DNA of 64,000 bases from Octopus vulgaris (taxonomy: Eukaryota), in assembly GCA_951406725.2 (NCBI GenBank), contig OX597819.1:14632001-14696000 (forward strand). The letters are read 5' to 3'. The translations under genes were made by a program, and so were the position numbers. The notes under the pieces were generated by a model. The model saw nothing but the letters and a program-made list of their open reading frames with translations, did no database searches and was not told the DNA's origin. Below, one piece after another: positions 23,381 through 37,066 of this stretch. The stretch's first letter is position 1. Every line of letters begins with the position of its first letter.

Positions 23381-24272
23381 AGATAAAGCACTATACAAGA
23401 AATTGAAAACGAATGAAACTGAAAAAAGGTGGGTAAAGAAAAGAATGCATGGTCAATTTTATAGAGATGTTGAAGATAAGACAGACATAGAAAAAAGATG
23501 GCTATGGATGACTAAACGTGATTTAAAACCGGAAACGGAGGCTGTAATTTATGCAGCCCGAGAGCAAGCATTAAGAACCAATTACATCAAATACAGAATA
23601 GACAATGCATCAGAAAGTGATGAGTGCAGAATCTGTGAACAAAACGGTGAAACCGTATGTCATATAACCAGCCAATGTACGCCACTAGCCCAGAAGGAAT
23701 ATAAGAGACGTCACGACAATATAGCCAGACTTGTCCATTGGACACTTTGCAACAAGTATGGACTTGACAGAGCAAAAAATTGGTACGACCACAAACATCA
23801 AAGGCACCGTCAAAAATAGAAATGCAAAGTTCCTATGGGATTTTATGATTCAGTGTGACCATTGAATTGAGTATAGGAAACCGGACATAGTCTTAATTGA
23901 GAAAGAAAACAAACTATGCTGGATCATAGATATAGCATGCCCAGCTGACAAAAAGTTATGCGATAAGGAAGAAAGAAAAGTTGAGAGATATGACAGGTCA
24001 GCTTGGGAAGTTTAGCAGTTGTGGTCGAGGAAAAAGGTAGCAGTAGTACCAATAATTGTCGGAGCCCTGGCAACAGTGAGCAAAAATCTCGAGAAATACG
24101 TGAAACAAATAGGGGCTCCTATAAGGGTGGATCACTTGCAGAAAACAGCACTGCTTGGAACCGCTCGAATACTCCGGAAAGTGCTCAAAAATTAAGAGGT
24201 GCTACCTTAGTTCACTGATAGTGAACAGCTGACACCGTAGTACATCTCCAGCGTTAGAAGCTGTGCAAAGGC
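23381..24272 (+). pseudogene. Dong/R4-clade non-LTR retrotransposon 3' end (CCHC plus restriction-like endonuclease)
   Basis: LKPETEA..EQAL, CRIC..ETVCHITSQC, RRHD, LWDF, RKPDIV..IIDIACP, LQKTALLGTARILRKVL*; stops and a frameshift; flanked by (AAT)n. Confidence 0.9.
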
Positions 24273-24285
24273 AATAATAATGAAG

Positions 24286-24372
<87 letters not shown>

Positions 24373-24476
24373 GCAATAATAACAATAATAATAACAATAA
24401 TAATAATAATAATAATAATAATAATCATAATAATAATAATAATAATAACAACAACAACAACAACAACAATAATGAC

Positions 24477-24548
<72 letters not shown>

Positions 24549-24612
24549 TAATAATAATAATAATGATAATAATAATAATAATAATGATAATAATAATAAC
24601 AACAACAACAAT
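24273..24612. repeat. (AAT)n/(AAC)n microsatellite
   Basis: Seen directly. Confidence 0.95.
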
Positions 24613-25409
24613 TTTCACAGGACTAGAGATGTGTAGAGGAGGATAACTTGGATAATCTGTTGAAGTAAGTCGATTGCATAAGTTGCTCGTTTCTTTTATC
24701 TGATGAAAAGCAAAAAGTTGATAACGATATCACTTAAACTGGGAGCATAAAGGGAGACACGAAAGTAAAGGCACCAACTCTTTTATTCGGAAGGTGAAGC
24801 ATTTCTGCAAATCTCTCGCCCTATAAACTAATTGGTTACCAACTACACACCTCGGAGCGCCATCAAGATTGTAAAATTGCCAAATATTTTGTTAGGTTTC
24901 AGGGAGGGATTTCCACTTCTCCTGTGGGATATTTATATATTGTAGAGGAAAGTGCTCTGTTAGGCTCACGTCTCCCAGACATTACACCGAGAGGAAGGGC
25001 TCACTAGAGACTTTCCGACCAATTAGGCTCATTATTGTAATCAGACTCACCGCAGTCACCATCACAATCAGTGAAACCATCACAAACATCATCAGCATTA
25101 TCATCATCATTATTATAAAACCATCTTATGACTTTTTTTTTTTAAAGATTTATGCTAATCTTGTTTTTATAACCTTAACCCTCGGAAATGATAATTATAC
25201 AAACACACAACGCTGATTTAATTACATGATCATTCTTGCTAATTTAAACTGAGTTCATTAGAACAGATATATTAATTATGATGACGAAATCAAGCATGTT
25301 TTTAGAAGATTATAATCCTAATTATGAATTCTCAGTTTTCTTTTAATTACTAGTAAATGTAAGTTTATAAAATTATATATATGTATTAGTGTGTTTATGT
25401 TAGTGTTTA

Positions 25410-25467
<58 letters not shown>

Positions 25468-26619
25468 TGTGTTCGTTGTTCAACAGCGCTACCTACACAG
25501 TGGATTACATTACAAACTTAAATATCAAATTGAAAACTGCTTTCAAACGCGAAACTCACAACAGAGTCTCGTTTGATGAAGGGCAAATAATTTATAAACA
25601 TGTAATTATTAAAGTGGAATAGCTATTTCCATTCATTTGTTCACGCATACACACACACACAAACACCAACACACGGGAAGTTCAGATTTTTATACTCTTC
25701 AATCCGACTAAGAAGAAATGTAGAACGGTAAAATGGAGACATTTTAAATTAGTACTAAAAATGTCGGCGTCGAAGCTCAGTCGCTATCCGCCATCTTTAT
25801 GTCAAATGCTGGGATAGAATCTGTGAAGAATGTTGTGGTTAGAAATCTCACAAATTCTTCACTTTAAGCGCGTAATATCTGTAGACCTGATCAGGATAGG
25901 AAAAAAAATCCAAATGACGGAGATGAGAGCTTTTAGGCAATCAAAATCTAATCCCAGCTCTACTTCCGCAATGATTCGTTTGTATATCATATCTGGTACT
26001 AAAATCTTAGAGACACCAAATAGTTAATTTTCTTTTGTCATAATGGCGTCAATAAATAGCGAACGAAAAGACGCCGTGTTTTGTCTACGCAAGCAGTAAT
26101 TTTTGGCAATTGAAGGCCACAAAGAAATGTTTCTCGGGAATTTTTATAAACCCGTAATCAACAAAGTCCTAAGATGAAAGGTAAATTCATCATTGACTAT
26201 AATCTTCCTAAGATAGTCTATATTACCGGTTATAGAGTCAATGACAAGTTCACACATCACCAGTCAAGCACATCACTCATCATCAGATATTTTCTGTTTC
26301 ATTGACACCTTTCAATTATGTTGTATTGCAAGATTGAGAGCTCTTTTGATGTATTGCCGTATTAAACTGGGTGGATTTCGTTACGACTGAATGGTAACAG
26401 ATGGTTGTATTTCATCGAGGCTGTTTGACGTTCCATACATAGAAAGCTTTACATCTGTGACTTTAAATCGCTTCAAGGTTTCGACAAGTATGATATGACT
26501 AAGATTCCAATAAATTTTATTTCTCTCCGTCCCTCGTTATAAAAGCTTTAAGACGAATAAAATTCCGCCATCTTTTGATAACGACAATTTTCCAAAATTG
26601 CAATTTGTTTCCATGTCAG

Positions 26620-26698
26620 TGTATGTATGTATGTATGTTTTGTATGTATGTATGTATGTATGTATGTATGTATGTATGTATGTATGTATGTATGTATG

Positions 26699-26732
<34 letters not shown>

Positions 26733-27470
26733 TGTATGTATGTATGTATGTATGTATGTATGTACGTACGTACGTACGTACGTATGTATGTATGTATGTA
26801 TGTATGTATGTATGTATGTATGTACCTACGTAGGTACGTATGTATGTATGTATGTATGTGTGTGTATACATGCATGTATACATGTATGTATGTATGTATG
26901 TATGCATGTACTTACGTACGTACGTATGTATGTATGTATGTATGTATGTGTGAGTATACATGCATGTATATATGTATGTATATATGTACGTATGTATGTA
27001 TGTACGTACGTACGTATGTATGTATATATGTAAGTATGTATGTATGTATGTATGCATATATGTATGTATGTATGCATATATGTATGTATGTAAGTAACTA
27101 TGTACGTACGTATGTATGTATGTATGTATGTATGTATGTATGTATGTATGTGTAATGGTGTGTATGTGACTGTGCGTATGTTTGTGGATGTCTGTGTTTA
27201 TGTGCATGTGTTGAGTGCGTATGTGTGTGCACGAAAATATATGTGCGTATGTGTGTCTGTGTCTCTGTGTGTGTACGTGCTTGTGTGTAAGTGTGTGTGC
27301 GTGAGTGTATGTGTCAATGTGTGTATATGTGTGTGTGCGTGTTTGTGTGTGTGTGTGTGTGTGTCTGTATGTGTGTGAGTGTGTGTGTTAGTGTGTGTGT
27401 GAATGTGTGTGTATCAATATGTGTATGAGTGTGTGTGTGTCAATGTGCGTTTGTGTGAGTGCGTGTGTGT
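26620..27470. repeat. (TATG)n grading into degenerate (TG)n
   Basis: Seen directly. Confidence 0.95.
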
Positions 27471-27558
27471 TAGATGATCATGGTTAGCAACGCTAGTTTC
27501 GAATCCCGCATTAGCGACTTTATTCTATATTCTCCAGACATACAAATATACACACGCG

Positions 27559-27605
<47 letters not shown>

Positions 27606-28419
27606 ACATACATACATACATACATACATACATACATACATACATACATACATACATACATACATAGGTACTCTATTCAGATTACAAGTTCATGTTCATA
27701 CCTGTTATCATTGGGGCCTTGGGATATGTAACACACTGCCTAAATACCAATCTTGAGGAATTAGGCTTCTTAAAACCAGGAAGAAGGCACTATAAAATCT
27801 GTAAAACTTTCTCGAACTTTATCATTTAAATATATATGAGCATGTCTATATATGTAACTATATGCATGAGAATACATACATACATACATACATACATAAA
27901 TACATGCATACATACATACATACATACATACATACATACATACATGCATACATACATACATACATACATACATACATACATACATACATACATACATACA
28001 TACATACATACATACACATACACCCTGTTCTTGATGTTGAAATTCTAATGAAGGAACCTTGGATCTAGGTAAGAAACCCTTTCTTTTTCTATTGGCAAGA
28101 AATCTTGAAATATACTGAATAATGACATACATATAATCGAATATACATGCCTTAAAAAACAGCAAAAGCCTGTGAAACTAACCCGGATATCTCTCTTGAT
28201 CCAGCTCCTTCCCAACGCTCCTAAACATATATCTCAACCACAAGCGTACCCCATAACATTAATTTACATACATCATTGGTTATACAAAGCAATCCCATGT
28301 AATGATCAATTATATTGATTTATTCTCATATGTGTATGAAACTGGCGATTTGGAGACGGAAGTAAGATCACTCTCTACATGTGGTAGAGTATGTGTATGT
28401 ATGTATGTATGTATGTATG

Positions 28420-28822
28420 TACTCTCTTTTACTCTTTTACTTGTTTCAGTCATTTGACTGTGGCCATGCTGGAGCACCGCCTTTAGTAGAGCAACTCGAC
28501 CCCGGGACTTATTCTTTTGTAAGCCCAGTACTTATTCTATCGGTCTCTTTTGCAGAACCGCTAAGTAACGGGGACATAAACACACCAGCATCGGTTGTCA
28601 AGCAATGCTAGGGGGACAAACACAGACACACAAACACACACACGCATATATACATATATACGACAGGCTTCTTTCAGTTTCCGTCTACCAAATCCACTCA
28701 CAAGGCTTTGGTCGGCCCGAGGCTATAGTAGAAGACACTTGCCCAAGGTGCCACGCAGTGGGACTGAACCCGGAACCATGTGATTGGTTAGCAAGCTACT
28801 TACCACACAGCCACACCTGCGT
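28420..28822 (-). mobile_element. SINE family A, full length
   Basis: Homology, Pol III boxes, tail. Confidence 0.9.
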
Positions 28823-28857
28823 CTATATGTATATTTGTATGTATATTTTTTTTACTG

Positions 28858-28889
<32 letters not shown>

Positions 28890-29099
28890 TGTGTGTGTGT
28901 GTGTGTGCGCGCGCGCGTGTGTTTGCATGCGTATGTGCGGGTGTGTTGTACAAATGGCGTGTATATATTTGTGTGTTCGTTTGATATTTCATTCTTACTT
29001 TTATTCCATGCAAACTCTTGAGATTAATTAGCGTGAGTGTATGTATATATATATATATATATATACATGCACATATACACACACACTCATATATATATA

Positions 29100-29326
29100 T
29101 ATGAAGATGCACCCACATAAATACGCATATGTACGTATACAATATAAATACAATATACATGAAACTAATGTATGTATAAATATAACTGAAGTTATAAACA
29201 TACACACACACGCACATATAAATATATATGTGTATGTACGTATGCCTGCATGCATGCGTATAGATATGTGTTCATAGACATACACATACTTGGACAAACG
29301 CATGCAGACTAACACAAGCACACACA

Positions 29327-29369
<43 letters not shown>

Positions 29370-29624
29370 GCACACACATACACACACACATATAGTTCAT
29401 ATCCAAGACCTTGGGAACAGCCGAAACATGAATTCTCAGGTGGTTCCTTCCATTTATCTGTCACTAAGTACCGTGGAGTAGCAACAAATCCCGGCTGCAA
29501 CGTTTAATCTCGAAAATTCCCGAATGCTTCGTTAAGTTATGAGTGCTAACATATCTCAATGCCGACAAATGTGTATGAATGTATTTATGCATGTAAACAT
29601 CTATCTTCTCTACCCTCTGTCCGC

Positions 29625-29677
<53 letters not shown>

Positions 29678-29885
29678 GCATATGTACGTATACAATATAA
29701 ATAAATATACATGAAACTAATGTATGTATAAATATAACGGCAGTTATAAACATACACACACATCGCACATATAAATATATATGTGTATGTACGTATGCCT
29801 GCATGCTCCATGCCATGTATAGATATGTGTTCATAGACATACACATACTTGGACAAACGCATGCAGACTAACACAAGCACACACA

Positions 29886-29942
<57 letters not shown>

Positions 29943-30170
29943 ACACACATAGAGTTCATATCCAAGACCTTGGGAACAGCCGAAACATGAATTCTCAGGT
30001 GGTTCCTTCCATTTATCTGTCACTAAGTACCGTGGAGTAGCAACAAATCCCGGCTGCAACGTTTAATCTCGAAAATAATAGAATGCTTCATTAATATGGA
30101 GTGCTAAAAAATCTCAATGCTGACAAATGTGTATGAATGTATTTATGCATGTATTAACAAAATTCCTTTA
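29100..30170. repeat. About 559-bp local tandem duplication
   Basis: ttggacaaacgcatgcag at 29290 and 29849; near-identical ORFs in the track. Confidence 0.9.
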
Positions 30171-30362
30171 TCTATTTTGTTAATTCGTCGTCTCTACCCT
30201 CTGTCTGTCTTTATCTGTATATATGTATATATCTATATCTATAGCACGTGATCTCTGCCCTAGGCTATCTATCTATCTATCTATCTATCTATCTGATCGT
30301 ATCTATCTATCTATCTAATCGAATCTATCCATATATAATATAATTCATTCAACTACTCAATT

Positions 30363-30421
<59 letters not shown>

Positions 30422-30452
30422 ATATATATATATATCTATGTATGTATGTATA

Positions 30453-30761
30453 TACTCTTTTACTCTTTTACTTGTTTCAGTCAGTTGACTGCGGTCATGC
30501 TGGAGCACCACCTTTTAGTCGAGCAAATCGACCCCAGGACTTATTCTTTGTAAGCCTAGTACTTATTCTATCGGTCTCTTTTGCCGAACTGCTAAGTAAC
30601 AGGGACGTAAACATACCAGCATCGGTTGACAAGCGATGTTGGGTGAGGGGACAAACACAGACAGAGAAACACACACATACATATACATATATATACATAT
30701 ATATACGACAGGCTTCTTTCAGTTTCCGTCTACCAAATCCACTCACAAGGCTTTGGTCGGC

Positions 30762-30763
<2 letters not shown>
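30453..30763 (-). mobile_element. SINE family A, head missing
   Basis: Homology to the full copies. Confidence 0.85.
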
Positions 30764-30811
<48 letters not shown>

Positions 30812-31329
30812 TTATATATATATATATATGTTTGTATGTATGTATATATATATGAATGTATGTCTGTATGTACATATACATTAAATTCTGTGTGTGGATG
30901 AGTTTGTGGCGTTGTTAGCTAACTCCTCCTACATTGTTCTATCGATTTCACTGAAACTTGACACGTGTGTAGAACTCATGTCTGGAAACCTCATGACATA
31001 CTCAGATTGTTGAAAAAAAAATCGATAATATGGCCCCTGGAAGGGATTCTTATATATTTCTAATATATTTCATGTTAACAGCCAAGGGAAATAACCCATT
31101 CGCCCAGATGTTTAACAGCCAAGTGAAATAACCCATTCATTTTCCTAAATCATTTGGTATAAATCAAATTGAGTATGCTTATTTTTTAGTATTTGAGCTG
31201 TTAGAGTTATTTTCGCAATTTATTCAGTAAACCCTAAAACAAGTAAATAGTATTTTCCTAAACAATAGATCCACTTATTTCGGTTAGTGACTTAATCCCG
31301 AATATACCAACACTAGCGCCGCTGAGGGT

Positions 31330-31459
31330 AATAAATAAGTACCAGTCGATTAAATAAGTACCAGATACGCACTGGGGTCGATGTAATCGACTTAATCCGT
31401 TTGTCTGTCCTTGTTTGTCCCCTCTGTGTTTAGCCCCTTGTGGGTAGTAAAGAAATAGG
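31330..31459 (+). mobile_element. SINE family B 3' part
   Basis: aataagtaccag...gtaaagaaata. Confidence 0.85.
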
Positions 31460-31469
31460 TAATCCGTTT

Positions 31470-31810
31470 GCAAGTGAGTGTCCTCTTTCTGCTGTCTCCA
31501 AACATCATCTCTATCTCTTACTTCACTTTTTGTTAAGACGAATAGTGGTTTGGTTATTTGCACGCAATAAGCATCATTACATGGCTGATGATCTTCCGTA
31601 AATCATCCATTTCTCGGTCTTCAAAACCCATGATGGTACTTTCTTTGTGGTTTCGGTTTTCTTCACTTTTTGAATGTCATTTATGTACGGCTTTGCAGCA
31701 GCAGACAGGGAATGTAGACAGGCGTTAATCTGCCAGAATGTGTGTTCATTACACTGCAGTAAATACTCCTCACCAATTTCGTTAACAGCTTTTAACACTG
31801 TATCCGGTGA
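31470..31810 (-). pseudogene. Possible N-terminal fragment of an R4/Dong-like ORF
   Basis: WQINACL..AAAK...KVPSWV resembles the pre-RT region of R4-clade proteins; weak. Confidence 0.35.
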
Positions 31811-31940
31811 TTTAAAAAAAATTTTTTTTTTTTTACTTACTTTGGTTTGAGAAAACTCTCTTCTCGAGAAAGTACTTCAAAGCCAAATTTTTTTTCTCGG
31901 AAAATTTCAGTAAGGGCACATTTCATCGGTATGTAATCTT

Positions 31941-32015
<75 letters not shown>

Positions 32016-32342
32016 AACAATAACCATTGCGGTTGTGCCTGCTGTTTACCATAATCGTAGCAGGGAGGACAGTGGTCAGTTACTTTAGCCAGTAATGTAG
32101 TTTGGCTGGCAGGCAGTACAAAATCTGTTGGAGTGCCATGTATAGGTTGGTAGGTATTTAATTATTTGTGCATTTGTGTGTGTATGTGAGTGCGCGTGTG
32201 GATATACGCAGAAAACATTTGCGTGCAATCTTTTAGTCCTCCATACATGTAACACACAGTCATACTTACATACACATACATACACACGCATACACTCATT
32301 CATACATTCATACATACGTGTACACACACACATATATATATA

Positions 32343-32392
<50 letters not shown>

Positions 32393-32550
32393 AATATAGG
32401 GATGGTATTATTAAAATACCATCACATGTGGCAAGCGAATTTTCAGGTAAATTAATAAAATATATACATACAATATTAGATATGTACTGATGTACATCTA
32501 TACACAAGGGCACTCCATGAGCACCTACATCGCTTGGCACAGAAGTATTT

Positions 32551-32651
<101 letters not shown>

Positions 32652-32805
32652 GTAGACACGTAGACACATCCGCCCACACACGCACATATATACATTATTT
32701 GGCGGTTGGGTTCGTCTGCGCGGTGATCACGTGATGAAGTAAATCCGGATTCTGATAAACACAAGTCTGTCCAATGAATGGTTTTTCAACATAAAACAAG
32801 CAGTA

Positions 32806-32855
<50 letters not shown>

Positions 32856-33154
32856 TACACACACAAAACAAAACAAAGGCCGGGTGTTGAAGTTTTCGAG
32901 TGATTTCTTCTGTAGCCAGTCCGGCTTTCTTTCCATATTGTTTCGCGTGTTTAGATGTTATGGAGCTGTTTAAGGTAAACACGTTGCTACAGGCTGGTTG
33001 TCAATGGCGTACAACTTGTAGGCTGTTGGTTGTTGTTGATGTTGTTGATGGTGTTGCATGTATGTGAATTGAGATGTTTTAACTACAGCAGACAACAACA
33101 ACTGCAAGAATTACCGTTGCAATGACGACCATGTTACATTGGTATTGATTTGGC

Positions 33155-33193
<39 letters not shown>

Positions 33194-33229
33194 CAAAAGT
33201 CAAAGTTTATTGACCGGAAAGAGTGCAAA

Positions 33230-34260
33230 CTTATGATCAAACCTGAGGAGAGAGGAGGGAGGGAGAGAAAGAGGAGAGACAGAGAGGGAGAGAGGGGAAA
33301 TATAAAGAGTTGGGGGCAGAATTATGATCAGGCTTGAAGAAAAAGGAGAGAGAGAAAAAGAGAGAGAAGAAGAGGGAGAGAGAGGAGGAGAGGGAGAGAA
33401 AGAAAGAGAGGGAGTAAGGGAAGGTGAGGGAGAGAGAGAAGGAGAGGGAGAGGGAGAGAGAAGGTGAGGGAGAAAGGGGAAATATAAAGAGTTGGGGACA
33501 GAATTATGATCAGGCTTGAAGAAAAAGAAGAGAGAGAGAGAGAAGGAGAGGGAGAGGGAGAGAGAGGAGGAGAGGGAAAGAAAGATAGATAGGGAGAGAG
33601 AGAAGGTGAGGGAGAGAGAGAAGGAGAGGGAGAGAGAGAAGGTGAGGGAGAAAGGCAAAATATAAAGAGTTGGGGACAGAATTATGATCAGGCTTGAAGA
33701 AAAAGAAGAGAGAAGAGAGAGAGAGAGAGAAGGAGAGGGAGAGGGAGAGAGAGGAGGAGAGGGAAAGAAAGATAGATAGGGAGAGAGAGAAGGTGAGGGA
33801 GAGAGAGAAGGAGAGGGAGAGAGAGAGAAGGTGAGGGAGAAAGGCAAAATATAAAGAGTTGGGGACAGAATTATGATCAGGCTTGAAGAAAAAGAAGAGA
33901 GAGAGAGAGAAGGAGAGGGAGAGGGAGAGAGAGGAGGAGAGGGAAAGAAAGATAGATAGGGAGAGAGAGAAGGTGAGGGAGAGAGAGAAGGAGAGGGAGA
34001 GAGAGAGAGAAGGTGAGGGAGAAAGGCAAAATATAAAGAGTTGGGGACAGAATTATGATCAGGCTTGAAGAAAAAGAAGAGAGAGAGAGAGAAGGAGAGG
34101 GAGAGGGAGAGAGAGGAGGAGAGGGAGAGAAAGAAAGAGAGGGAGTAAGGGAAGGTGATGGAGAGAGAGAAGAAGAGGGAGAGGGAGAGAGAAGGTGAGG
34201 GAGAAAGGGGAAATATAAAGAGTTGGGGACAGAATTATGATCAGGCCTGAAGAAAAAGGA
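33230..34260. repeat. Tandem repeat of about 180-190-bp purine-rich units (about 6 copies)
   Basis: Core aaatataaagagttgggg(a/g)cagaattatgatcagg at about 33298, 33480, 33658, 33847, 34028 and 34211. Confidence 0.9.
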
Positions 34261-34499
34261 ATTTTTTTTTAATATATACATATTTTATGGATGCCGTGAT
34301 ATCCAACCGTGTTTCGCTATTTAAATTAGCTTTTCAAGGGACATTGTGAAGTAATCAGTTCTTGTGATAAAGGGGTCTTGCCATTTTGGATGCTTGGAAA
34401 GTATAACAAGCAAAAATGCTAGTTCTAAAAGAGATCAAAGCAGTAGTTGTACTAACAAGCCACTTCAACATGGCTGTTCGTTCGAACGGACTCTACTGG

Positions 34500-35232
34500 A
34501 ATTTTTTAATCCCAAGAGGACATATCCACCATTTGGTTAACGATGCACAGCTGAATCCGATAAATTGCGCGCACGGCCATCTCTAGCGGACGAGGCGTCC
34601 AGTACCAAAGAGTGGCTGAATAACCCGAAACCAGGACTGGTCTACTGGTCCCGTCGCTGGAAGGTGGTACGGGTTCGCTCTTCTGCTCGCAATTTATCGG
34701 ATGCAGCTCTGCATATGGTTCAAGAAAGTTAAAATTGACGGTAACTTGAATATTGCCAAATGCATCCAATTGCTGAAGGGCGATTTGATACTAGACTTGG
34801 ATGAAGGTGAGATTTTTCAGCACGACGGGGCTTCATGCCACAGTTTGCGAACAACACAACAGAGTCTGGCTGATGAAGAGGTTGCCGTATTGAAAGATTG
34901 GCCAGCTCAGAGACCTGGCTTAAATGTCATCGAACAAATGTGGACAGAAATAAAAAGAAGAGTTCTTCGGGAGAATCCACGCTATCTTGAAGACAGAAAA
35001 GGATATCTCATGCCCGTGAAGATGGTGAAGGATTTGTATGCATCTCTTCCCAGGTGCATTGAAGCAATTATTCGAGCGAAGGGAATCCACACGAAATATG
35101 AACAATGTACAATAACTTCTTGAAGGGAAGATTATATAATAAATTTATAATAAAAATTACAGACATTTTTCTGTTTTAAAACACTGTATCTTGAATGGTT
35201 TATGTAAGGTGGCCGAAACCTTTTGCACTGCC
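34500..35232 (+). pseudogene. Tc1-family transposase relic
   Basis: IFQHDGASCH...WPAQRPGLNVIEQMW...LYASLPR..AIIRAKG..TKY (DDE C-terminal half); TIR-like gtggccgaa..ttgcac at about 35209 and 35403. Confidence 0.85.
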
Positions 35233-35448
35233 ATTTTTGGTGGTCATCTCGCCTCTTTCCCTCTCATTCAGAACCCCTACTACAAAATGTAGTGGTTAGG
35301 TATGAAATGACTCCAACGGGACCAATGTTTCACCTGTAAGAAAGGCAATACGAAACATCCACTTATAAGTTGGCAATTAGAAGAAATTTATAATAGTTTA
35401 AAGTGGCCGAAGACTTCTGCACGGTACTCCATATACACACATATATAT

Positions 35449-35547
<99 letters not shown>

Positions 35548-36447
35548 CGTATATATATATATATATTTACGCGCACATGATATGTATATACATACATACA
35601 GTCACGTATGTGCATGTGTGTGTGTGCGCGCGTATGTATATGTATGTTTGTATGTATGTATGTATATGTGAATGTATGTCTGTATGTACATATACATTAA
35701 CAACCAGACGTGAAATGTTAGACATAGTTTAGAATAAACATACAATTTTAATCCGCCAGTGAAAAAGTAAACAAACTAGTTCAGACACAAGTTTTTATCT
35801 CAATCTAAAATTGTTGTTTGTTTTCAAGAAACATATATCCTACGTAGTTTTCTGTCTTTCAATCAAGCTCGAACCGAATTTAGACTATTTGTTGAGGGCA
35901 CTCCGCTTTCACTTCCAAATTTTTAATTCTTGTAATTCCGAGAATTTCGTAAATTTGCAGATTTTTTGAAATTAAAATCTGAGGAATTCGAGAAAAAAAA
36001 TACAGACATAGAGTTTTCTGTTTATCGATCTTGGTGCTTATTCCATCATTTTGAAGTGAATTGTGACAAATAAATAGCATTTTCTTTATTCATCAGAGTT
36101 AGTGTAAATGTTGGTTGTATTCTTTCTTAAAGGTATTCGCAGTACAACCAGTATAATTTCTCTTAGTATAACTTTCTGAAAAATACACATTTGCGGCAAT
36201 AGGTTTTCAGTGGAAAATTGAGTTAATCAAATTCACAAAAATAATGACATTTATTTAAGTGTATAACTTAAATTGGTGCTTACGTAAAATAATGCAATGA
36301 ATAATAAATTTCAAAAGAAAATCATTTATTACTTTAAAATATAATTAAAGAAACCAAATTTCACATTTGTACGCTTCCTCCTCACATGGCTACCCTGTCA
36401 TTTATTTCCTCTCATCGGTTTTTACGATCCTTTGTCTTGCGTGCGCA

Positions 36448-36482
<35 letters not shown>

Positions 36483-36498
36483 CGCCAAGCTTAGTATG

Positions 36499-36714
36499 TA
36501 AAGGGTGTTGAAAAGTTTAAATCTTTGGGTAAATGACAATTCAGAAGGATCAGTTAATTATGATTTTATTCAACATAACGCATCTCAGATTCACTTATTT
36601 ATTGCAGCCGTCGTTCAGTTTTTCTAAGCCCTGTAAAAGAACACGGAAGGTTGGGTCTCTAGCCTGGCCCTTCGCGATACCTTTACAGCCAGGAACTTTT
36701 TAGCAGACCGTCAT
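36499..36714. mobile_element. Mariner-type MITE
   Basis: Degenerate TIRs (gggtgttgaaaagtt / aactttttagcagacc) with TA flanks; a related TIR lies at about 22435. Confidence 0.5.
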
Positions 36715-36809
36715 ATGTGTACTCTTCCTGCACCTCTAATGCTAACTCTCTTTATCACGCCCTTACTCTCTCCCCCTCCCTATATGATGTAAGGCGTGAC
36801 TGGAGAAAT

Positions 36810-37066
36810 CAACGAACGAACAAACGAAAGAACCAACCGACCGACCAACCAAACGTCCCAACCGACCAACCAACCAACCAACCGACCCACCGACCAAGCA
36901 GCAAACCAGCCAACCACCGACCAACAAACCAACCAGCCGACCAAACGACCAACCAACCAACCGACCCACCGACCAAGCAGCAAACCAGCCAACCCACCGA
37001 CCAACAAACCAACTAGCCAACCAACCGACTAACCAACCAACCAGCCAACCGACCACCGTCCAACCA
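36810..37066. repeat. Degenerate (CCAA/CCGA)n simple repeat
   Basis: Seen directly; truncates LINE ORF2. Confidence 0.9.

Noticed and set aside
24900-25020. NF-kB-like words (gggatttcc, agactttcc); also E-box/FOX words at 32720-32990
   Set aside because: Short motifs are expected by chance, and no linked gene is visible.
33298-34260. CRISPR-like look (constant core with intervening sequence)
   Set aside because: The spacers are homologous GA-rich sequence, far too long, with no cas genes and a eukaryotic context.
34870-34905. CTGATGA...GAAA inside the Tc1 relic (also CTGATGA at about 24700 and 31586)
   Set aside because: No supporting stems; chance matches.
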